Virus record (IMG/VR): IMGVR_UViG_3300028592_000006
Span: 1-64,000 of that record
Reading direction: 5' to 3' (one strand)
DNA from: a virus
Taxonomy: Duplodnaviria > Heunggongvirae > Uroviricota > Caudoviricetes
Length of the DNA: 64,000 bases
Of this stretch, positions 63,189 to 64,000 are shown piece after piece (the stretch's first letter is position 1; each line of letters begins with the position of its first letter). The notes beneath the pieces were generated by a model, which searched no databases, was not told the DNA's origin, and was given only the letters and a program-made list of their open reading frames with translations. Position numbers and translations under genes: made by a program.

Positions 63189-64000
63189 AGAGATCGGTAA
63201 TGTTCAGTGTGATCAGCGAAACCTCATAAAGGCCGAGAGGCAGCTCCTTGACCGAGTAATCGGCCTTGAAGGACGTGAGGGCCGCAAATTCGGCGTAGCC
63301 TGGAGTGGCCTCCAGGGTTTCAGTCTGGAATGGAGAGCGCCCGCCAGGATAGCCTTCCGTAATCGAGGTGTTGACCGTCACCTCGCCGTGGATGGTGGAT
63401 GGCACGGCCCATTCTTTTGCTGCGGCACTGGTGGAATTGCCCTTGGTCGAGGCGTTGAACCAGGCATACAGCGAACAGATGGATTCTGTGACAGGGTTCG
63501 GGCAAATGTTCAGCGGGTTGGCCGTCTTCCATGCTGACGGGTTGTCGGTAATGAAGCGGGTCTGGAGGGCCTCGTAGGGTCCGGGCCTCGGATCGGTCTG
63601 CTTGAACTGGAAGTAGTAATCCTCCGAGTAGGAAAGGGCTGCTGTGGTCGAATCGGCATAAGCCCATGCGACAACCAGCGTGACGCTGTCGAGACGGGTT
63701 GGGAACCGGCGGTCCACTGCAAGCGGGATGGATGGCAGGGTGAGCGGGTAGGTGCTTTCACCCTCATTGAAGACCAGCTCCTGTTTGATCCGGACCTTGT
63801 GGAACTTGTTGCCATCCCGCAGCTCGTAGGTCGTTCCCGGGGTTGATGCTGTCACCGTGGTGGTTGTCACCGGCACCACTGTCTTGGTGATCCGCATCTG
63901 TCGCTTGAAGGTGTCGTTATAGACCAGATCAATGGTCTCCGGCCGGATCAGCCGGCGGCGGACGACAATGTAGGTGTTGCGAAGCTCTTGCGGGGCGGGA
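63175..64000 (-). CDS. Hypothetical structural protein, 5' end beyond the window
   Basis: Reading frame stays open on the minus strand from 63898 to 64000 upstream of the listed Met; Thr/Val-rich. Confidence 0.5.
   Translation of the reverse strand, partial: PAPQELRNTYIVVRRRLIRPETIDLVYNDTFKRQMRITKTVVPVTTTTVTASTPGTTYELRDGNKFHKVRIKQELVFNEGESTYPLTLPSIPLAVDRRFPTRLDSVTLVVAWAYADSTTAALSYSEDYYFQFKQTDPRPGPYEALQTRFITDNPSAWKTANPLNICPNPVTESICSLYAWFNASTKGNSTSAAAKEWAVPSTIHGEVTVNTSITEGYPGGRSPFQTETLEATPGYAEFAALTSFKADYSVKELPLGLYEVSLITLNITDLYGDS

Noticed and set aside
1-64000. CRISPR arrays, integrase/recombinase, reverse transcriptase (retron/DGR), rRNA
   Set aside because: No regularly spaced direct repeats with unique spacers, no R..HxxR..Y or serine-recombinase motifs, and no RT motifs (YxDD) were seen in any frame inspected.

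Overview
The whole 64-kb window reads as GC-rich (~58-60%) bacteriophage or prophage-interior DNA; I saw no host housekeeping genes, rRNA, CRISPR array or integrase.

It falls into three blocks. (1) At the left end, minus-strand packaging genes: terminase large subunit, an HExxH protein and an HTH candidate for the terminase small subunit. Beside them is a plus-strand replisome-organizer-like gene preceded by iteron-like repeats. (2) A ~38-kb all-plus-strand block (about 6.1-44.3 kb) of roughly 90 mostly small genes, translationally coupled through ATGA stop/start overlaps. It includes two HNH endonucleases, DUF4326, a ParB-like nuclease, a four-member paralog family with a CGTxCCxxGH motif, an SPFH lipoprotein, a Cas4-like PD-(D/E)XK exonuclease, an HD-domain (p)ppGpp-hydrolase-like protein, DUF932, an Erf annealase, a DnaB helicase, a HAD phosphatase, a NinG-like nuclease, MazG, a VWA protein and DUF3310. 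It also holds a cluster of tRNA-like fragments followed by a terminator. (3) A right-end minus-strand virion/tail module that runs from beyond position 64000 down to 44391 and ends in a single uninterrupted 4,652-aa ORF (13.96 kb).

The layout suggests a permuted or circular map in which the late operon wraps across the window ends. The giant ORF, the tRNA-fragment cluster, the paralog family and the putative alarmone hydrolase are the features most worth follow-up.

All domain calls are motif-level readings by eye. Non-ORF coordinates were derived from the printed line numbers and may be off by 1-2 bp.
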